DNA of 64,000 nucleotides from Hyalangium minutum (GCF_000737315.1 NZ_JMCB01000013.1:414919-478918), one strand, 5' to 3'; positions 30,416 to 41,735 are shown, counted from the stretch's first letter. Notes: generated by a model from the sequence alone, not told the origin. Numbers and translations: made by a program.

Positions 30416-30709
30416 TCAGCAGGGCAGTTCCATCGACAACGTTCGGCCGGCCTCGAACTCGGGGGCCTGCCGCAGCCGCTCCAGCACTCGCTCATGGCAG
30501 CGCAGCGTGACCATGGGCAGGGAGCCGGGCTCGCTCATCCACTTCACCTGGCCCATCAGCTGCTGGGCTTGAAGATAGCGCACCAGCGAATCCCGGAACT
30601 GGAGACTTTCCCGGCAACCGGCCTGGTGGAGCGCGCGTCGATCCCGCTGCGGAGAAGGACGGTACGGCGTCTCCTCTTCCCGGGGCATGACGATCGCCTC
30701 AATCCACAT
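30416..30709 (-). CDS. Small hypothetical protein, paralog A
   Basis: 97 aa from MWIEAIVMP; RBS GGAGGG; clear paralog of 30989-31285. Confidence 0.85.
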   Translation of the reverse strand: MWIEAIVMPREEETPYRPSPQRDRRALHQAGCRESLQFRDSLVRYLQAQQLMGQVKWMSEPGSLPMVTLRCHERVLERLRQAPEFEAGRTLSMELPC

Positions 30710-30988
30710 GCGGAACACCCTCCGGCCTGCTGACGCAGCGAAAGTAGCAAGGGTCGTCGTGGATGCACGGGGCAGGGCTTGTTTTCAGGCGCCGAATGGT
30801 TGCGTCCGAACGCCAGGAGGGAACAAAACCCGAGGGGTCTGCAGATCCGGAAAAGCCAGGAAGATTCAGGACTTGAGGCGTAACCCCTTGTCGCCATTGG
30901 GGTTCGCGAAGAAGAGACCGAAACGGGATCTCAGCCGTTCAACAAATGGGAGCGGTGCCCGCGGGGGCTGACTGCGGGTCCGCTCCGC

Positions 30989-31285
30989 TCAGGACTGCAG
31001 CTCGAGCGACAGGGACTGACCGGCCTCGAACTCAGGAACCTTGCGCAGGCGCTCCAACACCTGCTGGTGGCAGCGGAGCGTGACCATGGGAAGCGAGCCG
31101 GGCTCGCTCACCCACTTCACGGCGTGCATCAGCTGGTTCGCCTGCAAGTAGTTCAACACGGTCGTGCGAAACTCCAGGCTCTCCTCGCGGCCGGCCTGGT
31201 AGACGGCGCGGCGGTCGCGCCGAGGCGCGGGGCGGTACGGCCGGGAGTCATTCTCACGGGGCATGATAATCGCCTCGATCCACAT
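30989..31285 (-). CDS. Small hypothetical protein, paralog B
   Basis: 98 aa from MWIEAIIMP; RBS GGGAGGG; shares SEPGSLPMVTLRCH and PEFEAG with paralog A. Confidence 0.85.
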   Translation of the reverse strand: MWIEAIIMPRENDSRPYRPAPRRDRRAVYQAGREESLEFRTTVLNYLQANQLMHAVKWVSEPGSLPMVTLRCHQQVLERLRKVPEFEAGQSLSLELQS

Positions 31286-31656
31286 AGCTGCACCCTCCCG
31301 CTTCGCACCAGAGCACCGGTTATGGAGATCATCGTACGGCCGTGCCCTGTAGTTGCGTCCAGATGCAAAACGACAGGGAGTGCTAAATCCTGAAAACTTT
31401 GCGTAGCCCCTCGTAACTCCGCGCAAAGACACGGGTTTTCTGCTGTAAAAAGGCCAGTTGATGCACTGAGTCAGGGCTTCCACTCCGCAAGGATTACAGA
31501 GCTTGGGGGAATTCCTTTCTTCCGCGAGTGGAATTTCCGAGCGACGGAACGTGTGGGAGCGGGCCGGCAACGGCAGACCCTCCAGGTTCGATAATTGGGC
31601 TAGGTTCTCGCGCCTTGAGAAAGCGCGAGGCCGCTCTCAGCTTCTGGAGGAACCGA

Positions 31657-32454
31657 ATGCAGCGCTTGGCCAGAACCCTCTTCGTGTCGCTGGGCTTGCT
31701 CCTGGCGCTGCCGTCCGTGGCCCGCGCCGATGGGCTGGGCACGATCTCCTATGGAGACAACTGCTGGGGCTCGGGAGCGGATGCGGACCGTGACGGGCTG
31801 AACGACGACTGCGAGTACCAGTTGGCGTACTGGTTCATGCCGAAGCTGTGGTTCGACAGTGGCGAGAGCGGTTTCGACCGGCGGCCGTACTACTCGGTGA
31901 AGAACCTGAGCTTCTCCACGCGCACGGTGCAGATCTTCTACCTGGACACGTTCTACGACGACACGGGCGTCACCACCGGGCACGACGGCGATCCCGAGTT
32001 CCAGCTGTTCGAGCTGCACTACTCGGCGGGCCGCTGGTACCTGGACTGGGCTTATCTGTCCGCGCACCGCAAGAGCAGTTGTGACTCGTCGGCGTGGTAC
32101 CAGTACAACCAGCTCGAGTACGACACGAGCGACACGCGCAACGGGTACCGCGGGTGGCCCACGCTCTACGTCGCCGAGGACAAGCACGCCACGTACAACA
32201 ACCTGAGCACCTGCGACGCGGGCTGCTTGCTCCAGGACTACTGCAGCCGCACCACCGTGCAGTTCCTCGACACGACAGACAGGCTCGTCTCGCGCAACGT
32301 GGGCTCGAGGACGGTGCAGCTCATCAACTCGGTGGTCCTCAACGGGAAGACGGAGCGCATCCTCGATGATGCGCCGTTCAAGGGCTGGGATGATCAGTGG
32401 TATCGGCCCAACTCGGAAGGGTACGGCCGGCACCTGATCGACTTCGGGTTCTAG
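31657..32454 (+). CDS. Secreted hypothetical protein with NPP1/Vps62-like motif spacing
   Basis: Signal peptide ending [14 protein letters not shown] Ca-binding-like loop, GHDGDPE, YLSAH and [10 protein letters not shown]. Confidence 0.75.
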   Translation: MQRLARTLFVSLGLLLALPSVARADGLGTISYGDNCWGSGADADRDGLNDDCEYQLAYWFMPKLWFDSGESGFDRRPYYSVKNLSFSTRTVQIFYLDTFYDDTGVTTGHDGDPEFQLFELHYSAGRWYLDWAYLSAHRKSSCDSSAWYQYNQLEYDTSDTRNGYRGWPTLYVAEDKHATYNNLSTCDAGCLLQDYCSRTTVQFLDTTDRLVSRNVGSRTVQLINSVVLNGKTERILDDAPFKGWDDQWYRPNSEGYGRHLIDFGF

Positions 32455-32462
32455 AGGCTCGC

Positions 32463-33695
32463 GTGCGGCGGCGCTGGGGGCTCGTGGCTGCTGCGGCGGT
32501 GGTGGTGCTCGCTGGGGTGCTGTGGAGACGGAGAGAAGGGGAGGCTCCGAGTCCAGCTCCCCGCGTCGTGGTGGAGGCTCCTCCGCAGGTGGCTCCGCCT
32601 CCGCCGCCTTCTGCTCCGAGCCTGCCTCCTGTGGCCGCGAAGTCTGCTCCCATCGTAGGGGTGCAGGCTCGAGAGGTGCTGGCCACGGCCCTTCATGAGG
32701 AGTTGGTGCCCGTAGTCTCCAGCACCGTGGTGGAGGCCATCGATCGGGATCGTTCGTGGGTCTGCGCGGGCGAGCCCATGGGCCTGTCTGCGCGGCTCGG
32801 TGGGGTGTCCGAGCCGGGCTCAGTGCATCGGTGGGTTTGGTTGACGCGGGACGGGAACGCGGAACTGCATCCCGGGCGGACGGTGCAGTGGGCGGCCCCC
32901 GCCGAGCCTGGGAAGTACGCCGTGTACTTCCAGGTCTGCAAGGATCTCGGAGGGCGGCGCGTGGGGCTGCTGGCCGAGCGGGTGGTCGAGATCGATGTGC
33001 GCTCATGCGCTCCGAGTGAACGCCAGGACGCTGAGCCCCTGCGCTTGATCGTCACTCAGCGCCGGCAGTCGGCTTTTCTGTTCCAGACCATCTCACCGGG
33101 AAGTGAGCGGGCCGCTGCATACACGTGGGACTTTGGTGACGGCGCGACCGCGCAGACTGTCGAGCCTCAGGCCGAGCACTCCTATTCAGTGGAGGGGCTC
33201 GGAACGAATGAGACCCGGAGCTTCACGGTCCGAGTCATGGCGCGTTCACCACGAGGCGTGCCGCTGGTGGCGACGGCGTTCGTGGTCACCCGTGGGGCGC
33301 CGCCCAGCGAGGGTCCTCGTCCCGCCGAGCTTGAGGTCTCTCGCTGGAGCGAGCAGCCGGATGGGGGTCGGCGCAGCAACGTCGTGGTGAAGGACGTGGC
33401 CACCGACATCACCTGGGACCGCTTGGAGCGGGTCACCCGGTACTGGGATGGTGGCGTGGACATCGACACGCGGAAGTGGAGTGAGGTGGTCCGCGTGGAA
33501 GAGGGACTCGAACGAGGTGGATTCCGTGGATACGTCCTCGTGAGCCCCGCCGAGGCGGCTCCTGGCACCAAGCAGATCCTCGACACCCTCTATGGTTACG
33601 ACTCGACGGGCCAGGAGGTGGTGTTCTCCTGGAGCCCGTACAAGAGCGAGGCGCCGCTCACGCCTCCCTCTGGAGAGGAGCCGCCCAGGAAGTAG
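32463..33695 (+). CDS. Membrane-anchored protein with a PKD-like domain
   Basis: GTG start after GAGG, N-terminal TM, Pro-rich linker, YTWDFGDG...HSY PKD signature. Confidence 0.8.
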   Translation: MRRRWGLVAAAAVVVLAGVLWRRREGEAPSPAPRVVVEAPPQVAPPPPPSAPSLPPVAAKSAPIVGVQAREVLATALHEELVPVVSSTVVEAIDRDRSWVCAGEPMGLSARLGGVSEPGSVHRWVWLTRDGNAELHPGRTVQWAAPAEPGKYAVYFQVCKDLGGRRVGLLAERVVEIDVRSCAPSERQDAEPLRLIVTQRRQSAFLFQTISPGSERAAAYTWDFGDGATAQTVEPQAEHSYSVEGLGTNETRSFTVRVMARSPRGVPLVATAFVVTRGAPPSEGPRPAELEVSRWSEQPDGGRRSNVVVKDVATDITWDRLERVTRYWDGGVDIDTRKWSEVVRVEEGLERGGFRGYVLVSPAEAAPGTKQILDTLYGYDSTGQEVVFSWSPYKSEAPLTPPSGEEPPRK

Positions 33696-33724
33696 AGACC
33701 TCCGGTGAGCGGCTGCCTCGGGGG

Positions 33725-35653
33725 TTACTCGTCAGCCGCGGGCAGGACGTTGACCTGGACGAAGCTGGGATTCGAGGTGGAGCGGTACACGCGGTGCGTG
33801 GCCTTGATGAAGTCGCTCTCCTTGGCCTCGAAGATGTTGGGCACGAAGGTCTGCGGGTTGCGATCGATGAACGGGAACCAAGAGGACTGGACCTGGATCA
33901 TCACCCGGTGGCCACGCTGGAAGGTGTGGAAGACGTCGTTGATGGTGAAGTGGACGCGGGTGGGCTCTCCTGGCTTGAAGGGCTTGGGCTCGGAGTAGCT
34001 GTCGCGGAAGCGGCCGCGGAAGGGCTCGCCGCGAACGAGGGTCTGCTGGCTGCCGTGGTTCTTCTTGCCGCTCTCGTCATCGGCGCGAGACCAGCCGGGC
34101 ATCTTGCCGGGGTTGACGTCGATGAGCTTGACCACCCAGTCGGCATCGGTGCCCGAGGTGGAGACCCACAGGTCCGCCTCGATGGGCCCTGCCAAGGTGA
34201 GATCCTTCTCGAGCGGCTCGGTCTGATAGACGAGCACATCAGGCCGGCGCGAGGCGAAGCGCTGATCCTCCGCCATGTAGTCCTTGGCCCAGAATGGGGT
34301 GATCTCGGCCGTGTAGGGGACCGGGCGGTGGGGATCGCTGATGAACTCGTCGAAGAGAGCCGAGCCGGAGCCACTGGGCGCCGAGAAGGAGAGGACCTCC
34401 TGAGGCTGGAAGTAGAGGCGGGTAGGGCGCACGTTCTTCGGCGGCCAGGTGTCGAAGCGGCGCCAGCGGTTGGCTCCCGTCTCGAAGACCATGGCGTCCG
34501 ACAGGTCCGGCTTCTCTCCTCCCTTGAGGTGGTGCTTGAAGAAGGACAGGGCCAGCGCTTTGTACGCCTCGCTCGTGGCATAGCCGAAGTCGGCGTCACC
34601 CAGCGAAGAGCCCGCGCTGCGGATCCAGCCATTGTGCGACCAGGGGCCCATCATCAGGCTGTTGGAGATGCCCGGGTTCTGCTTCTCGATCGCGCTGTAC
34701 GTGTGCAGCGGGCCGTAGAGGTCCTCGGTGTCGTACCAGCCACCCACGGTGAGCACCGCCGCCTTGATGTTGCGCAGGTGCGGCAGGATGTTCCGCGACT
34801 GCCAGAAGGCGTCGTAGTTGGGGTGCGCAACGATGTCGTTCCAGAAGGCGATGCCGCCCTTGAAGTGGCGCGCGTTGGCGTTGCTCAGCGGGCCCAGCTC
34901 CATGAAGAACTGGTAGGCGTCCGGCGTGCCGTGCTCGAAGCGGTCCCAGTCCCGGGTTGCCGTGGGCTGGGGGCGGGCCTTGCCGAAGCTCGCGAAGAAG
35001 TTGAAGGCCAGCACCAGGTTGAAGGCGCCGTGCCGGTGCATGTCATCCCAGAACCAGTCCGCGATCGGTGCCTGCGGAGAGATGGCCTTGAGCGCCGGGT
35101 GCGAATCGATGGCTCCCGCCGACGTGTAGAACCCGGGATAGGACCCGCCCCACATGCCCACCTTGCCGTTGTTGCCGGGCACGTTCTTCACCATCCACTC
35201 AATCGAATCGTACGTGTCCGTGCTCTCGTCGATGTCCTTCGCTCCACGCTTCGTGGACTGGTGCGGACGCATGTTGACGAACTCGCCCTCGGACAGGTGC
35301 GTCCCGCGCACGTCCTGGAACGCGAAGATGAAGCTTTCCTTCTCGAAGGCCTCGCCGTGCCCGATCGCCTCCTTGTACCGCTCCGCTCCGTAGGGTCCGG
35401 ACGAGTAGGGCGTCCGCATCAGGATGATGGGGTAGCGCTTCGTGGCGCTCGCGTCATTCGGGACGTAGACGGCCGTGAACAGCCGCACGCCGTCCCTCAC
35501 TGGGATGAGGTACTCGAACTTCGTGTAGTGCGAGCGGATGTACTCGGCGCGCTCGTTCTTCTCCGGCGCAGCGGGTGGCTTCGGCTGCGCCCTTGCGGAG
35601 CCCGCGAAGGTGAGCAGCGCCAGGATCATCAAGCTGTGGAATGCGTGACGCAT
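33725..35653 (-). CDS. CocE/NonD family hydrolase (alpha-amino acid ester hydrolase-like), secreted
   Basis: Signal peptide, RTPY, GGSYPG nucleophile elbow, GWYDTED and GPWSH. Confidence 0.92.
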   Translation of the reverse strand: MRHAFHSLMILALLTFAGSARAQPKPPAAPEKNERAEYIRSHYTKFEYLIPVRDGVRLFTAVYVPNDASATKRYPIILMRTPYSSGPYGAERYKEAIGHGEAFEKESFIFAFQDVRGTHLSEGEFVNMRPHQSTKRGAKDIDESTDTYDSIEWMVKNVPGNNGKVGMWGGSYPGFYTSAGAIDSHPALKAISPQAPIADWFWDDMHRHGAFNLVLAFNFFASFGKARPQPTATRDWDRFEHGTPDAYQFFMELGPLSNANARHFKGGIAFWNDIVAHPNYDAFWQSRNILPHLRNIKAAVLTVGGWYDTEDLYGPLHTYSAIEKQNPGISNSLMMGPWSHNGWIRSAGSSLGDADFGYATSEAYKALALSFFKHHLKGGEKPDLSDAMVFETGANRWRRFDTWPPKNVRPTRLYFQPQEVLSFSAPSGSGSALFDEFISDPHRPVPYTAEITPFWAKDYMAEDQRFASRRPDVLVYQTEPLEKDLTLAGPIEADLWVSTSGTDADWVVKLIDVNPGKMPGWSRADDESGKKNHGSQQTLVRGEPFRGRFRDSYSEPKPFKPGEPTRVHFTINDVFHTFQRGHRVMIQVQSSWFPFIDRNPQTFVPNIFEAKESDFIKATHRVYRSTSNPSFVQVNVLPAADE

Positions 35654-35680
35654 GGACTCTCCAAGAAAAGGGAAAGAGGT

Positions 35681-37561
35681 CTACCAGGCAATGCCGTAGT
35701 CGTCGCCGTGGTTGCTGGCTCCGCCCCAGAGCGTGCCGTGCGGGTGGTCGAAGTAGATCGCTTGGATTGGGCCCGAGGTGCGCGCCTCGAAGGTCATCTC
35801 ATAGCCCATGCGCTTCAGCTCGGAGCGCACCCAGGGCGGCACCTGCTCTTGCAGCACCAGCTTGCCCGGCTTCGGGGTGTGATCTCCGAACGAGTTGCGC
35901 ATCTGGAAGCTCGTGATGTTGGCCGCCTCGGCTGATTCCTGCACCGTCATGCCGAACTCCACCACATTCAGGAAGAACTGGAGCAGGTTCTGCTCCTGGC
36001 TGTCCCCTCCCTGCACCGAGAACGAGAGGAACGGCTTGCCGTTCTTCAGCGCCAGGCTCGGCGTCAGCGTGGCCCGCGGCCGCTTGCCCGGCTCCAGCAC
36101 GTTGAACGGGTTCTCTGCCGGATCCATCACGAAGCTCTGCATGCGCTGGCTCAGCCCCACCCCCGTGCGCCCCGCGATGACGGCCGGGATCCACCCACCG
36201 CTCGGCGTCACTGACACCACCCAGCCCTTCTCGTCCGCCGCCTGGATGGCCGTAGTCCCTGCGTAGAAGGTGCGCTCGAAGTCCTCGATGCTCGTCTGCT
36301 GCGAGCCCGCCGCTGGCTTCTCGGGAGCGGGCGGCTTGGGCGGCCACTGCTGCAGCAGCTGCAAGTACGGGTTCTTCTCGCCCTGGAACGGGTACGGATC
36401 GCCCGGCTTCACGTTCGGGTCGTTCTTCTCCCAGTTGATGAGCTTCGCGCGGGACTTCGCGTACTCCTTCGAGAGCAAACCCCGGAGCGGCTCGGCCGGT
36501 GGGAAGTACGGATCTCCGTAGTAGAAGTCGCGATCCGCGAACGCCAGGTTCATCGCCTGGTACAGCGTGTGGATGTACCGCGCGCTGTTGTAGCCCATGG
36601 CCTTCAGGTCCTGCGTCTCCAGGATGTTCAGCGCCTGGAGCAGCACCGGGCCCTGCACCCACGAGGTGAGCTTGTAGACCTCGATGCCCTTGTAGGCCGT
36701 CTTTACGGGCTCCTCGAGCTGCACCTTCCAGCGCGCCAGATCCTCTAGCGTGATGAGTCCTCCCTCTTCCTGCACTCCGCGCACGAGCTCCTGCGCGATG
36801 TCCCCCCGGTAGAACCGATCGTAGGCCGCCAGGATGGCCTGCTTGCGATCCTTGCCCTGCGCGAGCGCTTGCTGCTCCGCCTCCACCAGCTTCTTCAGCG
36901 TGGCCGCCAGATCCTTCTGAACGAACACCTCGCCCGGCTGAGGGCCCTCGCGGGCCTCGCCCAGGTGCGGGAGCAGCACCTCGCGCGAGTAGCGCCACTG
37001 CTTCAGCTTCTCCTTGTGCCGCTCGATGTCCCGGACCCCCCCGGCCTCCATGGGGTAGCCCTCGTCCGCCATCTGCAGCGCGGGCCCGAGCACCTCGCGC
37101 AGCGACAGCGTCCCGTACTCCGCCAGCATCACCATCAAGCCGCCGGGCGTGCCCGGGGTGACAGCGGCCAGCGGGCCGTACTCGGGCGGGTAGCGCATGC
37201 CCTTCTTCTGGAAGAACTCCACCGTCGCACCCGTGGGCGCCACTCCGAGCGCGTTGATCCCGATCACCTTGCGCGTGCGCGGGTCGTAGATGAGGGCCTG
37301 CGTCTCTCCACCCCAGCCCAACGTGTCCCACATGGTGCTGGTGGCGGCGAGCATCGCGCAGGCGGCGTCTACCGCGTTGCCACCCTTCTGGAACATCATC
37401 GCGCCCGCCGTGGCCGCGAGCGGCTTGCCTGTGATGGCCACCCAGTGCTTGCCGTGGAGGACCGGCCTGGCTGTCTGTTGAGCGTGGAGGCGAGGCGGCG
37501 CGAGCACTACCGCGAGGATCAGGCCGCACAGGGCCCGCTGGAGCATCCCGGCTGTGTTCAT
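35681..37561 (-). CDS. Gamma-glutamyltransferase family protein, secreted
   Basis: GGNAVDAA, GVAPTGAT, Ntn nucleophile region GTTAIQAAD and KRPRATLTP. Confidence 0.92.
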   Translation of the reverse strand: MNTAGMLQRALCGLILAVVLAPPRLHAQQTARPVLHGKHWVAITGKPLAATAGAMMFQKGGNAVDAACAMLAATSTMWDTLGWGGETQALIYDPRTRKVIGINALGVAPTGATVEFFQKKGMRYPPEYGPLAAVTPGTPGGLMVMLAEYGTLSLREVLGPALQMADEGYPMEAGGVRDIERHKEKLKQWRYSREVLLPHLGEAREGPQPGEVFVQKDLAATLKKLVEAEQQALAQGKDRKQAILAAYDRFYRGDIAQELVRGVQEEGGLITLEDLARWKVQLEEPVKTAYKGIEVYKLTSWVQGPVLLQALNILETQDLKAMGYNSARYIHTLYQAMNLAFADRDFYYGDPYFPPAEPLRGLLSKEYAKSRAKLINWEKNDPNVKPGDPYPFQGEKNPYLQLLQQWPPKPPAPEKPAAGSQQTSIEDFERTFYAGTTAIQAADEKGWVVSVTPSGGWIPAVIAGRTGVGLSQRMQSFVMDPAENPFNVLEPGKRPRATLTPSLALKNGKPFLSFSVQGGDSQEQNLLQFFLNVVEFGMTVQESAEAANITSFQMRNSFGDHTPKPGKLVLQEQVPPWVRSELKRMGYEMTFEARTSGPIQAIYFDHPHGTLWGGASNHGDDYGIAW

Positions 37562-37694
37562 GGCTTCTCCCGAGAGAGGGGGGGAGACTAGCCTTCCGCC
37601 GGGGAGCAGGGGACACTTCTGAGTGCATGCCTTCACGCCGGGTGCGGGATGGCCCTACGGCTGGCGTCGCTGCGACTGAATGAGGAGTGGAATC

Positions 37695-38555
<861 letters not shown>

Positions 38556-38651
38556 GCGGTGGGCCTGGACTCCGCGTGTGGCGTGGGCATGCCCCCCCTG
38601 CCCAGAGGACCCTGGATTCCGGTAAGAACCTCTCTGTAGAGGGGGTTCTTC

Positions 38652-40880
38652 TTGGTGTCTTCGTTCGGCTTCAACCCGTCCCACGCGCGCTGGCTGCTCG
38701 CCGCCGCGCTCTCCCTGTCCGTTCTGGCTTGTGAGCCGAGCAAGCCCCCCGCGCCGCCGCCACCACCCCCCGTGGCTGTTCCGGCCCCCGCTCCGGCCCC
38801 CGAGCCGGAGGATCCGATCTTCCCCGAGGCCCCTCCGCCGCCTTCCGCGCAGCCCATCCCCGAGCCCGAGCCGCTCAAGTCCACGGGGGATCTGGCGGCC
38901 ATTCGCGCCTCCGGCATGCTCCGGGTTCTGGTGGAGGGCACGGACGAGGACTTCCTGCCGCGCCAGGGCATGCCCAAGGCGCAGGATCGGCTCCTGCTGA
39001 CGCGGTTCGCCGAGAAGCAGGGGCTCGCCGTGGAGTTCATTCAGGCTCCGAGCTTCGATCGTCTCATCCCCATGCTGCGAGAGGGGCGGGGCGATCTCAT
39101 CGCCGCGGATCTGACGGTGACTCCCGCCCGTGCGAAGGAGGTCGCCTTCACCCGCCCGCTGGCCGTGGTGAGTGAGTTCGTCGTCGGCAAGAAGGGGGAG
39201 AAGGACTTGCCCCGGAAGCCTGAGCAGCTCGCGGGCCGCACCGTCCATGTGCGGGAGAGCTCTTCTTTCGCGGACTCCCTGCGGGCGCTGGCCCAGGACA
39301 AGGCGCCGGGCCTCGTCATCGAGCCCGTGCCAGAGAGCATCGAGCCCGAGGAGCTGGTGTACGAGGTGTCGCGGGGCGAGCGTCCGCTCACCGTCGCGGA
39401 CAGCCACTTGCTGGCGGCAATCGAGGCCTACAACCCTGACGTGGAGCGGCTGTTCCCCATCGCCGAGGGCCGGCAAATCGCCTGGGCCGTGCGCCAGGAG
39501 AACCCGGAGCTGAAGCTCGCCCTGGACTCCTTCGTCACCGAGCACGTCCTCACCGAGTACGCCTCCGAGAGCTTCAAGGGGGACCTCCCGGCCATCCGCA
39601 AGCGCGGGGTGCTGCGCGTCCTCACCCGGAACAATCCCGTCACCTACTTCCTGCACCGGGGCGAGCAGCATGGCTTCGACTTCGAGCTCGCCAAGGCCGC
39701 CGCGGAGCAGCTCGGTGTGCGGCTGGAGATCGTGGTGCCGCCCTCGCGCGATCTGCTCATCCCATGGCTGAAGGAGGGGAAGGGGGACGTCATTGCCGCT
39801 TCGCTCACCGTCACGCCCGAGCGCTCCGCTGAGATCGCCTTCTCCAAGCCCTACCTCTATGTGGACGAGGTGCTGGTGCAGCGCTCCGAGGGACCCAAGT
39901 TGGCCTCGCTCGCGGAGCTGAAGGGCCAGAAGCTCCACGTCCGCGCCTCGTCCAGCTACCACGCCACGCTGCAGGCGCTGCAGAAGGCCCATGGCCCCTT
40001 CGAGATCATCCAGGAGTCCGAAGAGCAGGAGACCGAGGAACTGCTCGAGAAGGTGGCCTCGGGGGAGATCCCGTACACGGTGGCGGACAGCCTGTTGCTC
40101 TCGGCCGAGCAGGCGTATCGGGATGGGCTCGAGGCCGCGTTCCCGCTCCCGGTGGAGGGCACCCCCGCAGCCAAGGAGGGCTCGCGCGCCATTGCCTTCG
40201 CGGTGCGCAAGGACGCCGTGAAGCTGCGCGGCTTCCTGGATGGCTTCGTGAAGAAGATGTACCGCGGCACGAACTACAACATCTGGCGCAAGCGCTACTT
40301 CGAGAACTCGCGCCGCGTCTTCGAGGCCAAGGTGGAGCGCACCGAGGTCTCCGGCACCCTGTCGCCGTATGACGCGATCTTCCAGTCGTACTCGTCCCGG
40401 TACGGCATGGACTGGCGGCTGATGGCGGCGCAGGCCTACCAGGAGAGCCGCTTCAACCCGAAGCAGAAGAGCTGGGTGGGTGCCATTGGCCTCTTCCAGG
40501 TGATGCCCGCCACGGGCCGCTCGCTCGGGTTCCGAAAGCTGGAGGACCCCGAAGAGGGCACCCACGCGGGCGTGATGTACCTGCAGTGGCTGGTGAACCG
40601 GTTCGAGCCGGAGATTCCCTTCAAGCACCGGCTGCGCTTCGCCCTGGCCTCCTACAACGCGGGCTATGGCCATGTGCAGGACGCCCGGCGCATCGCCAAA
40701 GAAAAGGGCTGGAACCCCAACAAGTGGTTCGGCCACGTGGAGAAGGCCATGCTCCTGCTGGAGAAGCCTGAGTACTACCGCCGCGCGCGCTATGGTTACT
40801 GCCGGGGCTCCGAGCCCGTGAAGTACGTGTCCGAGATCCAGACCCGCTACGCCAGCTATGTGGAGCTGCTCCCGCACTAA
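38652..40880 (+). CDS. MltF-like lytic transglycosylase lipoprotein with two substrate-binding domains
   Basis: VLAC lipobox, two SBP repeats (GMLRVL / GVLRVL), SLT motifs YQESRF, GLFQVMP and ASYNAG. Confidence 0.9.
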   Translation: MVSSFGFNPSHARWLLAAALSLSVLACEPSKPPAPPPPPPVAVPAPAPAPEPEDPIFPEAPPPPSAQPIPEPEPLKSTGDLAAIRASGMLRVLVEGTDEDFLPRQGMPKAQDRLLLTRFAEKQGLAVEFIQAPSFDRLIPMLREGRGDLIAADLTVTPARAKEVAFTRPLAVVSEFVVGKKGEKDLPRKPEQLAGRTVHVRESSSFADSLRALAQDKAPGLVIEPVPESIEPEELVYEVSRGERPLTVADSHLLAAIEAYNPDVERLFPIAEGRQIAWAVRQENPELKLALDSFVTEHVLTEYASESFKGDLPAIRKRGVLRVLTRNNPVTYFLHRGEQHGFDFELAKAAAEQLGVRLEIVVPPSRDLLIPWLKEGKGDVIAASLTVTPERSAEIAFSKPYLYVDEVLVQRSEGPKLASLAELKGQKLHVRASSSYHATLQALQKAHGPFEIIQESEEQETEELLEKVASGEIPYTVADSLLLSAEQAYRDGLEAAFPLPVEGTPAAKEGSRAIAFAVRKDAVKLRGFLDGFVKKMYRGTNYNIWRKRYFENSRRVFEAKVERTEVSGTLSPYDAIFQSYSSRYGMDWRLMAAQAYQESRFNPKQKSWVGAIGLFQVMPATGRSLGFRKLEDPEEGTHAGVMYLQWLVNRFEPEIPFKHRLRFALASYNAGYGHVQDARRIAKEKGWNPNKWFGHVEKAMLLLEKPEYYRRARYGYCRGSEPVKYVSEIQTRYASYVELLPH

Positions 40881-41735
40881 ATGACCGAGCCCCTCTCCAA
40901 AGGACCCTCCGCCCGGGACCAGGAACACCACGCGGCCCAGGCCCCGCCGCCGTCGCGCACGCTGCTCCAGCCGAGCAGCGAGGTGATGGCCATGCTCGTG
41001 CGCCGGGGCTTCCAGCCCAGCCTTGCCACGCTGGATCTGCCCTTCCCACCGGACGCGGATGAGGCCCTGACCGAGCGGATCGCGGAGCGGCTCGGGCACT
41101 ATGCCTTCCGCCTCTTCCTGCGAGGCGCCATCCTGAGGCGCGGCAGCTTCTCCCCGGAGGATGCCTCGAAGTACGTGGAGGCGCCTCGGGCGACCGAGAT
41201 GGCCGAGGATCTGGTCTCCCTGCGGATGGCGGCGCGGGAGGAAGACGGGCGCTACCGGCTGCTCCATCCGGTTCGGAACTTCGGCGGCACGCTGGAGTGG
41301 TACGTGGGCCGTGAGCTGCGAGGGCGCCTGGGCTTCGATGTGGCCGCCGGTGTGAAGTTCCACGCGCCCGAGGTAGGCGGGGATCTCGACGTGGTGGCCG
41401 CAGCCGAGGGCCGGCTGCTGTACCTGGAGATGAAATCCTCGCCGCCCAAGCACCTCGCGCAGGATGAGGTGTCCGCGTTCTTCCGGCGCGTGCGTGCGCT
41501 GCGCCCCCACCTGGCCATCCTCGTCATGGACACGGCCTTGCGCTTGTCCGACAAGGTCGTCCCACTGCTCCAGGCCGAGCTGAGCGCTCCGGTTCCGGAG
41601 CCCCGCCGCGTGGTGCGCGAGGTCTGGGCCCTGACGCCGCACCTCTATGTGGTGAATGCCAAACAAGATTTAATGACGAACGTTGGGATCGCCATCGCCG
41701 AGGGCTGGCGTGCACTGTCTCCTCCGCCACCGTGA
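40881..41735 (+). CDS. Hypothetical protein with a PD-(D/E)xK nuclease-like motif
   Basis: GGDLDVVA...LYLEMKSS. The start codon directly follows the MltF stop (TAA-ATG). Confidence 0.7.
   Translation: MTEPLSKGPSARDQEHHAAQAPPPSRTLLQPSSEVMAMLVRRGFQPSLATLDLPFPPDADEALTERIAERLGHYAFRLFLRGAILRRGSFSPEDASKYVEAPRATEMAEDLVSLRMAAREEDGRYRLLHPVRNFGGTLEWYVGRELRGRLGFDVAAGVKFHAPEVGGDLDVVAAAEGRLLYLEMKSSPPKHLAQDEVSAFFRRVRALRPHLAILVMDTALRLSDKVVPLLQAELSAPVPEPRRVVREVWALTPHLYVVNAKQDLMTNVGIAIAEGWRALSPPPP

Noticed and set aside
31330-31350. Sigma54 promoter upstream of paralog B (GGGCACGGCCGTACG on the minus strand)
   Set aside because: The -12 element is TACG rather than TTGC, which is too weak to call.
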